Positions 1 through 12,500 of a stretch of DNA of 64,000 nucleotides are shown here, piece after piece. The notes beneath the pieces are model-generated. The model saw only the letters and a program-made list of their open reading frames with translations, searched no databases and was not told where the DNA came from. The DNA lies in the NCBI RefSeq assembly GCF_037042905.1, contig NC_087251.1:13642001-13706000 (forward strand), given 5' to 3'. Made by a program: the position numbers and the translations under genes. Origin of the DNA: Lytechinus pictus. Taxonomy: Eukaryota. Numbering within the stretch: the stretch's first letter is position 1; every line of letters begins with the position of its first letter.

Positions 1-281
1 TCTCACATAATCAGCTCTGTGCTACACTCCAACTGCTGCACTTGGCTTGGTCTCGGTTCAAAGCTGCACTTGATTTAGAAGAAAGACAGACCTCTCGTTT
101 AGCGCATCCCTCGCATTAACAGACACGTACCCACTTCCATGTCGGCTTCCGACACAATATAGCTCTGCCATTTGAAATATATACACAAACCAATGCCTGT
201 TTCTCCTGGAAGCCTGGAGTGAATTGCCGGGCACATTTCCGAGGGTTTCCTCTAGGTCATTCAGTTCTCTTTAAGACCTCA
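1..281 (-). other. Proximal 3' UTR of the DAAM gene (continues beyond window start)
   Basis: Lies directly downstream of the TAG stop at 282-284 in the last coding exon. The transcript end cannot be seen. Confidence 0.7.
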
Positions 282-545
282 CTAGATCTGAGTCATTGAC
301 CGTCCATTACCAGTCTTGGGCTTGCCCAATCGTTCTCTGCTGTCTGCCATTGAATTGGCCGAGTTGTTGTGTTGTTGTCCTGGTTGCCCTTGCCCCATGC
401 GTCGCTTGTTTTTCTTAGCGAGTTTACTCATGTCTTCCGTGAACATGTCCCCTGTTCGTAGAGCCGATATGAGGTCGTCAAATTCACCATCGCCATTGCC
501 TTTAACCTTACCTGAAATCTTTTTGTTCTTCCTCTTCTCCGACAT
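282..545 (-). CDS. DAAM1: DAAM last coding exon: DAD autoregulatory motif and basic region
   Basis: tgtag|ATG acceptor. Encodes [16 protein letters not shown]...KKNKRR...SRER; TAG stop at 282-284. Confidence 0.95.
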   Translation of the reverse strand: MSEKRKNKKISGKVKGNGDGEFDDLISALRTGDMFTEDMSKLAKKNKRRMGQGQPGQQHNNSANSMADSRERLGKPKTGNGRSMTQI

Positions 546-3500
546 CTACAATAAAAATGAATCAAAACATAAAACAAACAAAAAATCACAAACCATTTTC
601 AAAAGAATATCTACTTTCATTATTTTTCAAAATATGATATCTGCAAATAACAAGCTAAACTCTAAACACACTAGTAATACACTCAAATAAGAGGGGAAAA
701 GAAGACATGTTTTCACTGGTCTTTTCACTTTTGGACAATTCCTGAAATCACCATAAATGGGTCAGGTAAGTGGACATAATGTACAGAGCTGTCAAAGCAG
801 AGGACCTTATGCAAACAGCAAGTCTCATTCAGCTTTGGTAAAGTGTTATTAATGTAATATGAATTATACTCCAAGTATCATCTAGCATGCCATTCTTAAA
901 AACAGTTTAATGGCCTTTGAAAATTTGTTATCAACTAGTTAAATCCAGCCAATCCATTAACAAAAACACACCAAGATCATTAACAAAAACACTGATTAAC
1001 AAAAAAAGTGATGCAAACTTAACCACTGCTTCTACAGCATAGAACAATGAATACAATGTAGAACTGACCTCTTTTTCTCTCTTTGCTCGCCTCTCATCTT
1101 CCTCTTTCTTTTTCCTAATATTTTCATTATCTGTCTTGGCTTCATGGAATGACTGAAGGAAGAGGTCAAAGGTACCAAAGAGTTCCTCGGGTGTTATCTT
1201 TGTTGGATCCTCTCCGAAAGATTTGGCTACTTTCACAAACTGAAAAAAATTGGGTGAAAGACAAATATTGACATTGGAATTGTGTAATAATAACAGTACA
1301 AGATAGAGCATTAAGCAAAGAAATTATTAAGTATACATTTTGGTGAAGGAAGTGTAAAATTCTCCTAATAATACAAAGATGGTGAAAATTCAAAATATTG
1401 TGCAAGCCTCTCACTAACAAGACATGAACAAAAAATTGAATTATGTTCTAAATAAATCCATCATGAGATTGATTTTAAGCACCTTTTTTTTCAATGTACC
1501 TAAACATACACAAAGATAACTACTTAATTTCCTCAGTACCATGGTGCAAATATTTTTGCTAGGCTAGGAATGAAACATTTTGTACCTTCTCTTTGGCTTC
1601 CACCAGCAGATCTTGAACCTTGCCAAAGCTGATAGATGAGAGCGTCTTGAAGTCACTCATTACAGAAATAAACTTATCATGCTTCTCAGTCTTTGGCTTC
1701 TTCTTCTGATACTCCAATTCCTAAATATCAAAATAACAATGATAATAAAGGGAAAGTGAACTCTAGGGAACTCTTGTAAGAGGGCCATGTGCAGTAGGAT
1801 AGTCTTGATACACGAACTGTTTCACATGACAATCAGAAATATTCTATGAAGTCTGGTTACGAAAAATTTCATGATATATATCAAAATACATAAGGAGATA
1901 CCATTTGAATAACTAATGTATTGTTAAGGTACCACTTATAATGTAGGTTTTGAAGTTTATTTGACATGAATAAAAAACTAGAAATTTGACGTGTCCAAAG
2001 GACACAGATGCCCCCGCTTAACGCGATCAGAAATTCATTCAATATGATTGAACTTAATATCGTGCAGAAACCAATATGCATATATATAATGAACAAATTT
2101 AGACCTTTGAAACAACTCGCATATATAATGAGCCGTGACTTTTGATTTGCGGACTCCGAATTCGAACTTAGCCTGTATTTTGGTGTCATCTACCTACACA
2201 CCCAAATTTTTTAAATCTGTTGAATATTTCACAAGTTATCATGCAGAAACCAACTCGCATATTTAATGAGCTGTGACCTTTGACCTGCGGACTCCGAATT
2301 CGAACTTAGCCTGTATTTTGGTGTCATCTACCTACACACTAATTTTTTTTAATCCATTACATATTTTTCGGGTTATTGCGCGGAAACCAATTCGCATATT
2401 TAATGAGCTGTTACCTTTGACCTGCGGACTCCAAATTCAAACTTAGCCTGTATTTTGGTGTCATCTACCTACACACCAAAATTTTTTTAAAGTCATTAAA
2501 TATTTTTTCGAGTTATTGCGCGGAAACCAAGTGGGGGGACGGACGGACGGAAGGACAGACAGGGGCAACGCTTAATGCCCCCTCCGGACTCGTCTGCGGG
2601 GGCATAAAAATAGACATTGTGCAATCTCTAACTGTCATCGTGTGGACTTCGGTTCAGTGTAAACCATTCAATAACACATAATACAAATTTCCTGCCATTG
2701 ATGACACAGTAAACTGCTAATTCCAATCAAATTTATAAACTGCTCGTACTTACCACTTCAACTACGTTCAGACCTTGGGCAATTTGAGCCATTTCTTTCT
2801 CAAGTTCTTGTAAGCTGAGGGAGGGAGAACAGGAAAAAAACTTACTTGGTAATGAAGATAATTTTTACAAGTAAATTGCAACTTGCTCTGGCTTATTTGT
2901 CACTATATATAGTACTGAGTTATCAAGGCTAATGTGGAGCAAATATTTTTGACAGTTCAAATATTCAAGAGTGTATAATTCTGTGATTCTTTGAGAGTTG
3001 AAAACAAGATGAAGGAATATAACTGTACAAATCATCTTAACATTTCACCACCACTTGACCTCAGCTAGCCAAATATGAATGATTTGGTATATTATAGGAC
3101 AAAGAGATCTTTTTTTGAATATGTGAATTGCACAACTAGGTTTTTGTGACTTGTCCATGTAAGTTAGGCCACTATAATAGAATCGGTCTATTTCCTTCCT
3201 CCCATTTGTTCATTGTTCATGTTGCAAACAAATTCACAATATCGTGATGATTATGATTCCAAGCTGTAGTACTTACTTGACCTTGGCAGATATTCTGACA
3301 TGGGGCATCTCTTCTTCAAGTTTGACTACATCAGGGAACTAGTAATGAGAATTCAATAAAACATGTCATTGATTTGTTGAGATTTTCATTCTTTTCTAAA
3401 GATAAGTTTGAAATGTTACATGATGGAAACAAATACTGGATATAGGTACAACTGCATCATCCTAACTACTGTTACTTTCGAGGAAAAAAAATGAATACTT

Positions 3501-6500
3501 GGATTATACATACGTCTAACTCTGGCCCCACAACACACAGTTTAGCAATGATTGTAGAATAATTTTTTATTGATCGATTACATTTAGCTACAATGTTCAA
3601 TCAATCATCAAAATTAATTGAACAATTAATTGCTTAGTTTTGTGTTACAGGACCCTGGTCATTTAATAAGTGATAACAGCACAATAAAACATGAAAGGAG
3701 AATATCTTTTTAAAGAAGAGATAGTGTACTTTCAAAAACATGTACATGGACAGCGAGTGTCCCTATGAACAAAATTTGGTGAGTGGTTTTATATATCAAG
3801 ATAGATTAGACCTAGGAAATCTAGCAGACAATTAAACATGTATCGATGTACATGTAACAAATCAGGGCCCCCCCCCCCCAAAAAAAAAAAACTGTTTAAT
3901 TCATTCATAGGGTTACCCTGGGTAAAGAGAAAATCAAGTAAAAATAATTACTCATTAATAATACCATTATACTCAATATAATCTTCATATCCCTATCTCA
4001 CCTTCTTTTCCAGCATCTCTATCAGGTAGTGGAGTAACGTCACGTTCCTATTGGAGCTCGACTTGGTATCCATTATTTTATTCAAGCTGCTAATTTTGAA
4101 CCCTGATGCATTCCCCCTTGCCCCTCTGTTCATGTAATTGCCGAATGCCAGGACGATCTCCAAAATCTTCCTCAGCCTTTTGCTGTTCCCAACCTCCCTT
4201 GATGCTTTCAGAAGAGCTACAGAAATCAAGAATTTAAAATCTGAATTTACACTGTACATCATTTAATGAAAAATTGAACAATCCAAATTCAGATATAATT
4301 ATTGCGAGATAATCTTGGATTTTACCTGGCTACTTGAGTCGTAGAGGATTAAGCAATGCTCCATAATTCTTTTTTTAACTTTTTAATTCTTACCCTCACA
4401 TAGATTTGTTATGTCGATACAACCCATCGTTCTTACAAGGTTATCCACAATCAATTGAAACTTTGAACACTGAATGAATTTAAGACTGACCTTCGACCTT
4501 TGGTTTGACCTCGCCCATCCTCTCCTGGAACCTCTTCTTAAAGAAGAGACATTTTAACCTCTGTTCATAGTGATCTATCTTGCTCATCTCAAAGAAGAAC
4601 CGATCAGCCTTGGCCATGTTTTCTTTCTCCTTCTCATGTTCCCTCAGAAGGCTTATCTCCTCAGGGGTAGGCACATACTTTAATAGCTGCAAAAGAAAAT
4701 CATTAAAAAAACTTTCATTAACAGGGATGCTGACCAAAGAGAGTAAAAGCAACTGTTGCAGTTTTGGAAACTGTTTGAAGCTTGCAGTTATTCACTAGTA
4801 TACCACACTGGCCATATGTATACATTGACTTTGCAATTGGTTTTGTGGTATTCTAGGAAGAATGTACTTTCAGGGAGATATTCTTGGAATAAGGAGAAAA
4901 TATAGACTTTAGCAGCTACAGGATGTTTTGTCTTTATGCATCAGGGATGCAACTTTAAGTAAAAGCAAGTAAATAAACACATTTGATTGCTTTAAAGCTT
5001 TCAGTAATTAAACAGTATACTACAAGAGTAATGTGTATAGATTGCAGGAAAAACTCATCAGGATACTATCTGAGAACACCTTAAACACATCATTCTGTAA
5101 TTTCTACACATTTTAAACAAGGTTAAACCGGATCCCGTAGACAATCAGTTAACCAAACAATTACCTGTAGTCCTTCAAAGACAAATTGCCTGTTACCAGG
5201 GGAGATGTCTTAGAACTATACAAAATAACTTATCCATTGGCTTTACACATTTTAGTAGAATATATATATTTCAGGGAAAGATTCTAGGGGTTTGGATTTG
5301 TGGTTCATTCACACTGTACAAGGTCAGTTGACCTAATTTTTTTTCCAATTTCATATTTTGACTTTGGGTAAACAAAAATTCACTTTTTCCAAATTATATC
5401 CTCTGACACCCACCTGACAACTTTGGCTTGTCACAAAGAATCTTGCCTTGCAGGATATTGTGAGATTAGAGTTGGGCATTTGCAATATATGGATTTTTTT
5501 TACCACAGTGCTCTCACTGGTCAAAGTGAATAGGCCTACCTGCTCAACCATGTCTTTAGGAAGACAATCTGCAGAGTCCATGGAAAGGAGAGCCCTGTGG
5601 ATATCAGCGTTGGTAATCTTGAGTTTAGAGAGGAGGATGGTACAGTTCTGAGCCCGTCGGCCATCAATCAGGGCTAGTTCCTTTGGCTTCTGAGACTTGA
5701 TGCTGCCAGTGATCTCTTCCCCTCGGTCGGTTTCATCACCCTTCTTCTGGTACGCTGAGAAGGTGTTGTCAAACTCACGCAGGTCAAGGACTTTGATTAC
5801 CTGTATCAGGTGTAGGAAAATAATATAGTAAGAGGAAATATATACTTCTATTAACAAGGCACTTCTCTCATAAACATTGTGTTTTGGGGGTGAACGTATC
5901 CATTATTCTCACCATTTCAAGTACTACAAGTTATAATCATTTTCTTCACCTTTAAAAATCAATACCAGATACTTTAATATTGCCATCATCATCACCATCA
6001 TCATATCACCGTCATCACCACCACCATCATCATCACCATCATCATCAAATACATCATTTTCTTCTTCATCATCATAATCATCATTAACCATCACCATCAT
6101 CATCCTCATCACCATCACTATCTCACCTTGAGATCGTCTAGATCTTGCCAGATGGTTCCCTGTATCTTCATATCTGGCAGCTTGGACCAATTGAATGACT
6201 TGAGAGGATTGGAAGGTTTTGGAAGGTCTCTTTTCTTTGCTGGGAGGGACATACCTCCGATAGGGGGTGGCCCTGGCATACCTAACATGTAGAGGAAGGA
6301 GAAGTTATGATTGCAAGAACAGATTTCTTCAAAGGTATTCATTTAATGATCAATCACTAAGCTTTACATTCCTCTGAGGGAATACTATGAGAAATACTTC
6401 TTCCAGAAGACAGTATTATTCAAGTTTATGTAGTCTGAATGCCAATAAATTTGTCCTAGGTAAATTTACCTGTATTGTCTAACTTATAAGTAATGAAATC

Positions 6501-9500
6501 ATCTAAAATTGATTTCTGTATAGCACACATACAAGGGGTTCCAAGCACTGATAAGGTAATCATGTTTTAGTGCTCACATCATTCAATGAATTTATTGATT
6601 CCTTCATAGTATTTTCACCCTGATTTAGAGAGGCAAATGCAGAATGATATCTTGGCAAGGACATATTCTTATTCTGACTTCAAGTACCAAATCTGTCTTG
6701 GTTTTGTATGCATGTATATTGACTTGTAGGGTTGAAAATTCAATCATAAAAGTCAGCCCTCTTATCATGTGAAACGCTATGTGTTACATGGTCCAGGTCA
6801 CTTACCAGGTGGGGGTGGGGGTCCACCACCAAACATCCCTGGGGGTGGTGGAGGAGGGGGACCACCACCACCAGAGAAGGGTGGTGGTGGAGGTGGAGGT
6901 GCCCCGCCCCCTCCCATCATGGGTGGTGGAGGAGGGGGACCACCGGGAGCCGCAGGAATACCGCCAGTCTTCTGGAGTTTGTCATCGTCTGATATGCTTG
7001 GGCCGTTGCTCTTCCCTGATGCGATCTGGGGAGGGGGCAGTAACGAGATGAAAACATGTTAAAAGCTGTATAGATACATTCATGTAACCCATCAATGAAG
7101 CCACCAATGGGAACACAATTAGAAATCACTTTTCAATCTATATTTTTCCTTTTATTTGATAAATTTTTGCAAAACAAAATATCCCATACTGATGTACCAA
7201 AAGTCTGAATTTCATCTTAGTTTATCTTGGAAACATTGACTGCTTATTCCCCCTTTATTCATTTTCACCTGACCCATTGTGAGATGACTGACTTACAATC
7301 ACCAGACTAAAGTTGGGAGAAAGGTGGACATAATCATGAACATGTACTTTCAATTCTTTCCATTATGATTGGAAAGGCTATCATAAAATGGTTAACTGCA
7401 CAGGATACATCCTCACATTGAAAACAACAGCAAATAATGTGTGGGCGACAATGAATGTAGTCCCATACTCACTGTGTGCAGTACCTGTGACAGAAACAAT
7501 TTTTATCATTTTGGTGATTCCATTACCTCATAGAAGAAAAAAATTCTTCAGTGCACTATGAAGAGCTTTCAATAATTTTATTTGGGCAATTTCTTCCTTT
7601 ATTCAAATTCACAACCCAAAATGAATTGTTATCTTTAAAGATCTATTTCAACGAATCTTATAAAAGTTCAAGTTTTCCTTCTAGAAGTAAAATCGTTATG
7701 CTCTAATTCAGTTTGGTTCTGTTTGATTTCAAAATCTAACACAACATTAGAGAGATGCCAATGGTAGATGCATTCAAGTTACAATGCCAAAACATTTCAA
7801 ATATCAAAACATAACAAAAATAAGGGTTGAATAGAATATTGTGGATGTAGTTAAGCATTCTTCACCATTTGTTGTAGTCGTAATAGCTCTTGCTGCAGGC
7901 CTTCACAATGTTTTTTTGATTCAGTGAGGTCAGCGGACTGCTTGTTGGACTTCTCCTGCATGGCGTTGAGGGCAGCCATCGCCTCTTCCTGTTAAAACAC
8001 ACGGGGGTCCAAGCAATACATTCTCATTAATCAACCACATCAAAATGAACATAATGCAAATACTTGAATGGAACCGGTAAAAATATTAATGAATAAAATA
8101 AAACACTCTGGAAAGGAACACACTGCAAAGAATCAAAATGTAGAAATTCAACAAAGGAATATAGTATGGAATGTCTATTTAAAAAAAAAAGTAATTGTTG
8201 GTAAAAAGGTGTTAGCGATTGGTAATTACTTTTTATAAGAATCCATTTTGTTTGCAGGTAAATATTGTGAATTTCCTTCATATCACTTCAAAGTTAGGTT
8301 GCAAAGCTCTAAAGCATTTTTATGTGTAGGTTAAGTTCACATTCATAAGGTTTTTAGGTGATTGAAGGTCCCTGTCTATATTAAATTGTTAAAATCTCCT
8401 GTTAGTTTAAATTTAAATTTGTCAGTCTCTAATAAAAACTCAAATAATGAAAAGTAACAGTAATTTTTCAAACAAAAATGAAGTACAACAGTGGTGCTTT
8501 AATGTAACTATGTGCAAATTAACAAAAAGTTTTCCTGAAAATGATTCATAAAAACAATGTATACAAACCATATAAAAACAATATGTATTGAATTTACGAA
8601 GCCAACCCCAACGATTTCCCCATATACATATATTCTCTTGTGCTGGCATGAGTGATACAATGTTTCATACTGTGCATGCCTACAACATTTTTGTTATGTA
8701 ATGTCAAAATGCTCATGTGGTTGCAGATAATTTAACATTGAGACTTTCATCCAGCCAGAAGTCAACTTCTTACACAACTCCATATTGTTCAAAAGATCAA
8801 TACATCAATATTACTCATCATTTGTAATAACCATTCATGAATTTCTAACTCAGATTTTTATTATGAGGCAGAATGTAGCATTTTAAGGTTTCTCAGATAT
8901 GATGCAACAAAGCTTGCCAAAATAGCTCAACAAAATTCTGTGGAAAAATTTAATTGGAAATGAGGTGTCACAAAAATGTGTTGAATACCATATGCTGTTG
9001 CTTGGCTACAAGTTAGCACAAATTATCTTTATCCAATGTGCAGAAGAACTCATCAGGATATCATAGGCTTGTTTGTCTGAACAACTTTGGATATTTGATT
9101 GTTGAGAAAGTTGGCAATAATACAAATTTTACAAGATTACGAGACAATTTGTATGAACATGATAGGAAATGTTGCTGAGATTTGTATCAACTGTGAGAAA
9201 TGTGGTCATGATCATGTGATAAATTTTATTTTTTTATTTGGATGTAAAATACAAGAGATGAAATATCTTGTGCACATTCTCCTTTTTTATTAATGATAAT
9301 TATTATTATCATTTTAGTTATTGTTTAAGGGGGATGGTAGACTTCACACTTCAATCAAATTGGGATTAGTAAGAACTTAAACTTTGAATTTAAGAATTAA
9401 AATCTTTACCACTTCCTATAGTTTGAAGCATCAATTCATAAAAAAAGAGATAAAGACAAAAAAATATAAAGGAATTTAAATAATCAATAGATCGATTATA

Positions 9501-12500
9501 TCCAGAATTTATTAATACAGACATGATTAAAAGCTGACTGTTACCCTGATATTCTATCATATCCATATTCTGATACATTATAATTTTGAAACTTCAATTT
9601 CTAGCCAATTAAAGATTTAAAACAGATTTTCGAAGTTTTGCAATGATAAAAGAATACAAAAACCACAAGATGTGGGATTATTGTTCCAAAAGGGTTGATT
9701 TGATTAATGTTTGAATAATTTTTCAACACAATTCTCTCTTTGTAGAACATTTTATGTACATATATCTGTATATGGCTGAAACAAAACAGTCTAAAATGAT
9801 CTTTGAAGCTATGGCATTCATAGTTACATTATCAAGCAAATGTTTGAGAAGTAATGTTGTAACTACAATGTAATGACACTAGAATCAGACATTCTGATTT
9901 AGAAATAACTGAAAATGGAATATTCATTCCTACATGTATTTCTATTTTACAAAACACAAACAGATATTCCCATCAAACTGAATAAAATTATTCCTTGGTA
10001 TTGTGAATTCTTGACAGTATTTTATTTTACGTTGAATAATAATTGATTGAGGTGCAGTTGCTCTGAATGACATTCAAGGTTTAAATAGGAAGTATTTGAG
10101 AATGAACAGAGAAAGAGAGAGTGGATAAAGCTAATTATTCTTTCAGTGAAATCAATGAGTACATTTTAAGCAATACAAAGCTGCAAGAGCTATCAACTTC
10201 TACAATAGTAAATACCATTAGTTCTAAGCCGGATTATCTTAACATAACCAGATAATTGAAGCAGACAGTCCAAGTATCTCACTGAAATGGATAGTAGCAG
10301 AATAGAATTCCAAAGCATGATATTCAGTCTCTATTTTTTTCTTAGAAGAAAGGCTCTATTTCCAGCTACTGCAGTATTCTTTCAAGCCATTGCACTATTG
10401 ATAGAATAGTATTTTAAAACTGAAAGCCAAGAGATACAAGAAACTGCATTTTTTCTTCATAATTCGGCATTTGCAAAAGCTCGGCATGCAAGAATTTAAA
10501 GTCCAAGATTTAGCAATATATTCCACAGCCCATTTCATTATACAACTGTTTGCGGACAAAACATGGTTGCAACATGGTTGCTTATTTAATATAAAGTGGA
10601 AACAATTCAAGGATCACATTTAAATGCATATTGTTTGTTTCCAGGGAGCAAAAGAGATATATGTATATTAATATTCCATCCATTCCACAGTATGAAACAG
10701 GCTATGCACTGGAAGTTAAAAAACATCAGCTCTCTAGATTACATTCATCTTATGAATGTAGTTCTTAATTTTATTCCAACAATTCTTTTTTTAAAGAACC
10801 ATTATCTTCTTTTCTTGTATCCGAGTATGTATCACATGTATTTTTCACCTGCATTGGCATAATCCATACCATATTTTCCACTTCTGCATAATTCATATCT
10901 ACAGAAGTTGTGAATTTCATTCAAATGTCAAGGTATTTATTCAATGATGAATACAGAGATGTAATTTGGAAAAGAACTTTTCGAACGAGCTCATACACTA
11001 GTAAAGATGTTCAAACAAATGTACACAATACTTTTTTTGTCATGATAAAAGTGGCATGTACGAGTGAAAAAAAAAACGTAATTCAGAAATTTGTCAAACT
11101 AAAGTGATGAGTAGTGAAAGAAGCAAATAATTGTGACATTGATAGTGTGAAACACAAAGTGATTCAACAAGAAATATTTCATCAAGATGATTAAGGGTAA
11201 AAAAAATATGATTATCAAAATATTAATCAAATCACAAAAGTGATGAAAGGGAAAAAAAAATAAATCTTCAGTGTAGCATTCAAACTGCACACCAAAGGAA
11301 ACAGATGCTAGTGATACAATAAGAATAAATTTTAACTTCATTGTGTTATGTCATCAGAATATCTTTAAAAATTAACTGCAAGAGCTTGCAAAGATTTTAA
11401 AGAAAAAAATCTTTTAACTTTTTAATGGCAACAGCAGTAATAGGATGGTGGTGAAAAACAGGAAAGGAAAAGGATTTACGGCAAATTGGCAACAGCCACA
11501 CCAAAATGAAAACATGAAAATTTGATTGAATGAAACGTCAATGGTGCATGCTGGGTAAAAGTAATACAAATGTACGTCTGTTACCCACCGACGACATTGA
11601 CTGAACGTCTGACCTCTATGAAAAATAAAGGAGGGATGAATAGGCAAGAGACAGAACATGGGAAAAAGAAGACACGTTACACACAAGAAAAAAAAAAGAA
11701 ATGTAAAAATATATACAACGTGATATATTTAGTCTTCAATTTACCATCTAAAAGCCCAGTTCAGTCAATACAAAATATGATTTCCATTTGTAACAAAGGT
11801 TATTGTTAATATTTTAATTTTACTACACATTATTAAGAAGCACTGTTTTTGTTATTCCAACAATCCAACCCAAATGCAAACAAATATGGTACTACCACAT
11901 AAACCAAACAAATTTCTTCTGATATAATAATACATGGACCTTCAACAAAGCTGATAATATAATACAGTAAAATAAAAAGATCATTCAATTTATCATTTGA
12001 ATGTTATTGGATATTCTATTACATAATATGCAGAAACATCAAATATTTCAAAATCATGTTGCACCTATCAACGATAGGTACCTATATTCAGGATGTTCAA
12101 GCTGCTTTATGTCGTAGCCCAACAGCAAATTACAAAAAATAATAATGGCAGCATACACGTAACAATTAAAAGATGATCACACTTATCAAATGAATATCTC
12201 TGCAAAACAGAGGAATACATCGATAGCGGTGAGATAAAAAAGCAACATGGAACCAACATAATTGTGAAGCACTGAAATTCAATCAAAATCTAACACTTAT
12301 TTTGTAATATCGATTGTGTTTTGAATAAAAGTGAAGTCAGAAACTTTGATCAATGTAGAATTTTTATACATTTCAGTTATTTTCTTTTTTATTTAAAAAA
12401 TAAACCTTTATCAAAACATTACTAATGACAAATTAACTTCTGTCCATGTATCAGAAAAAGGAAATTCAGACATTTTAAGTTATAAGAACAGATAGACAGC

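Noticed and set aside
316..690. + strand 124-aa ORF (also 4580-4798, 5448-5651, 45290-45526)
   Set aside because: Antisense to DAAM exons with no recognisable protein features.
2110..2530. Regularly spaced repeats resembling a CRISPR array
   Set aside because: Whole 138-bp units repeat with no unique spacers, the context is a eukaryotic intron, and no cas genes are present.
5924..6190. Asp/Met-rich ORF
   Set aside because: Translation of the (CAT)n microsatellite.
6769..7062. Gly/Pro-rich + strand ORF (97 aa) and overlapping ORFs
   Set aside because: Antisense shadow of the FH1 poly-proline exon.
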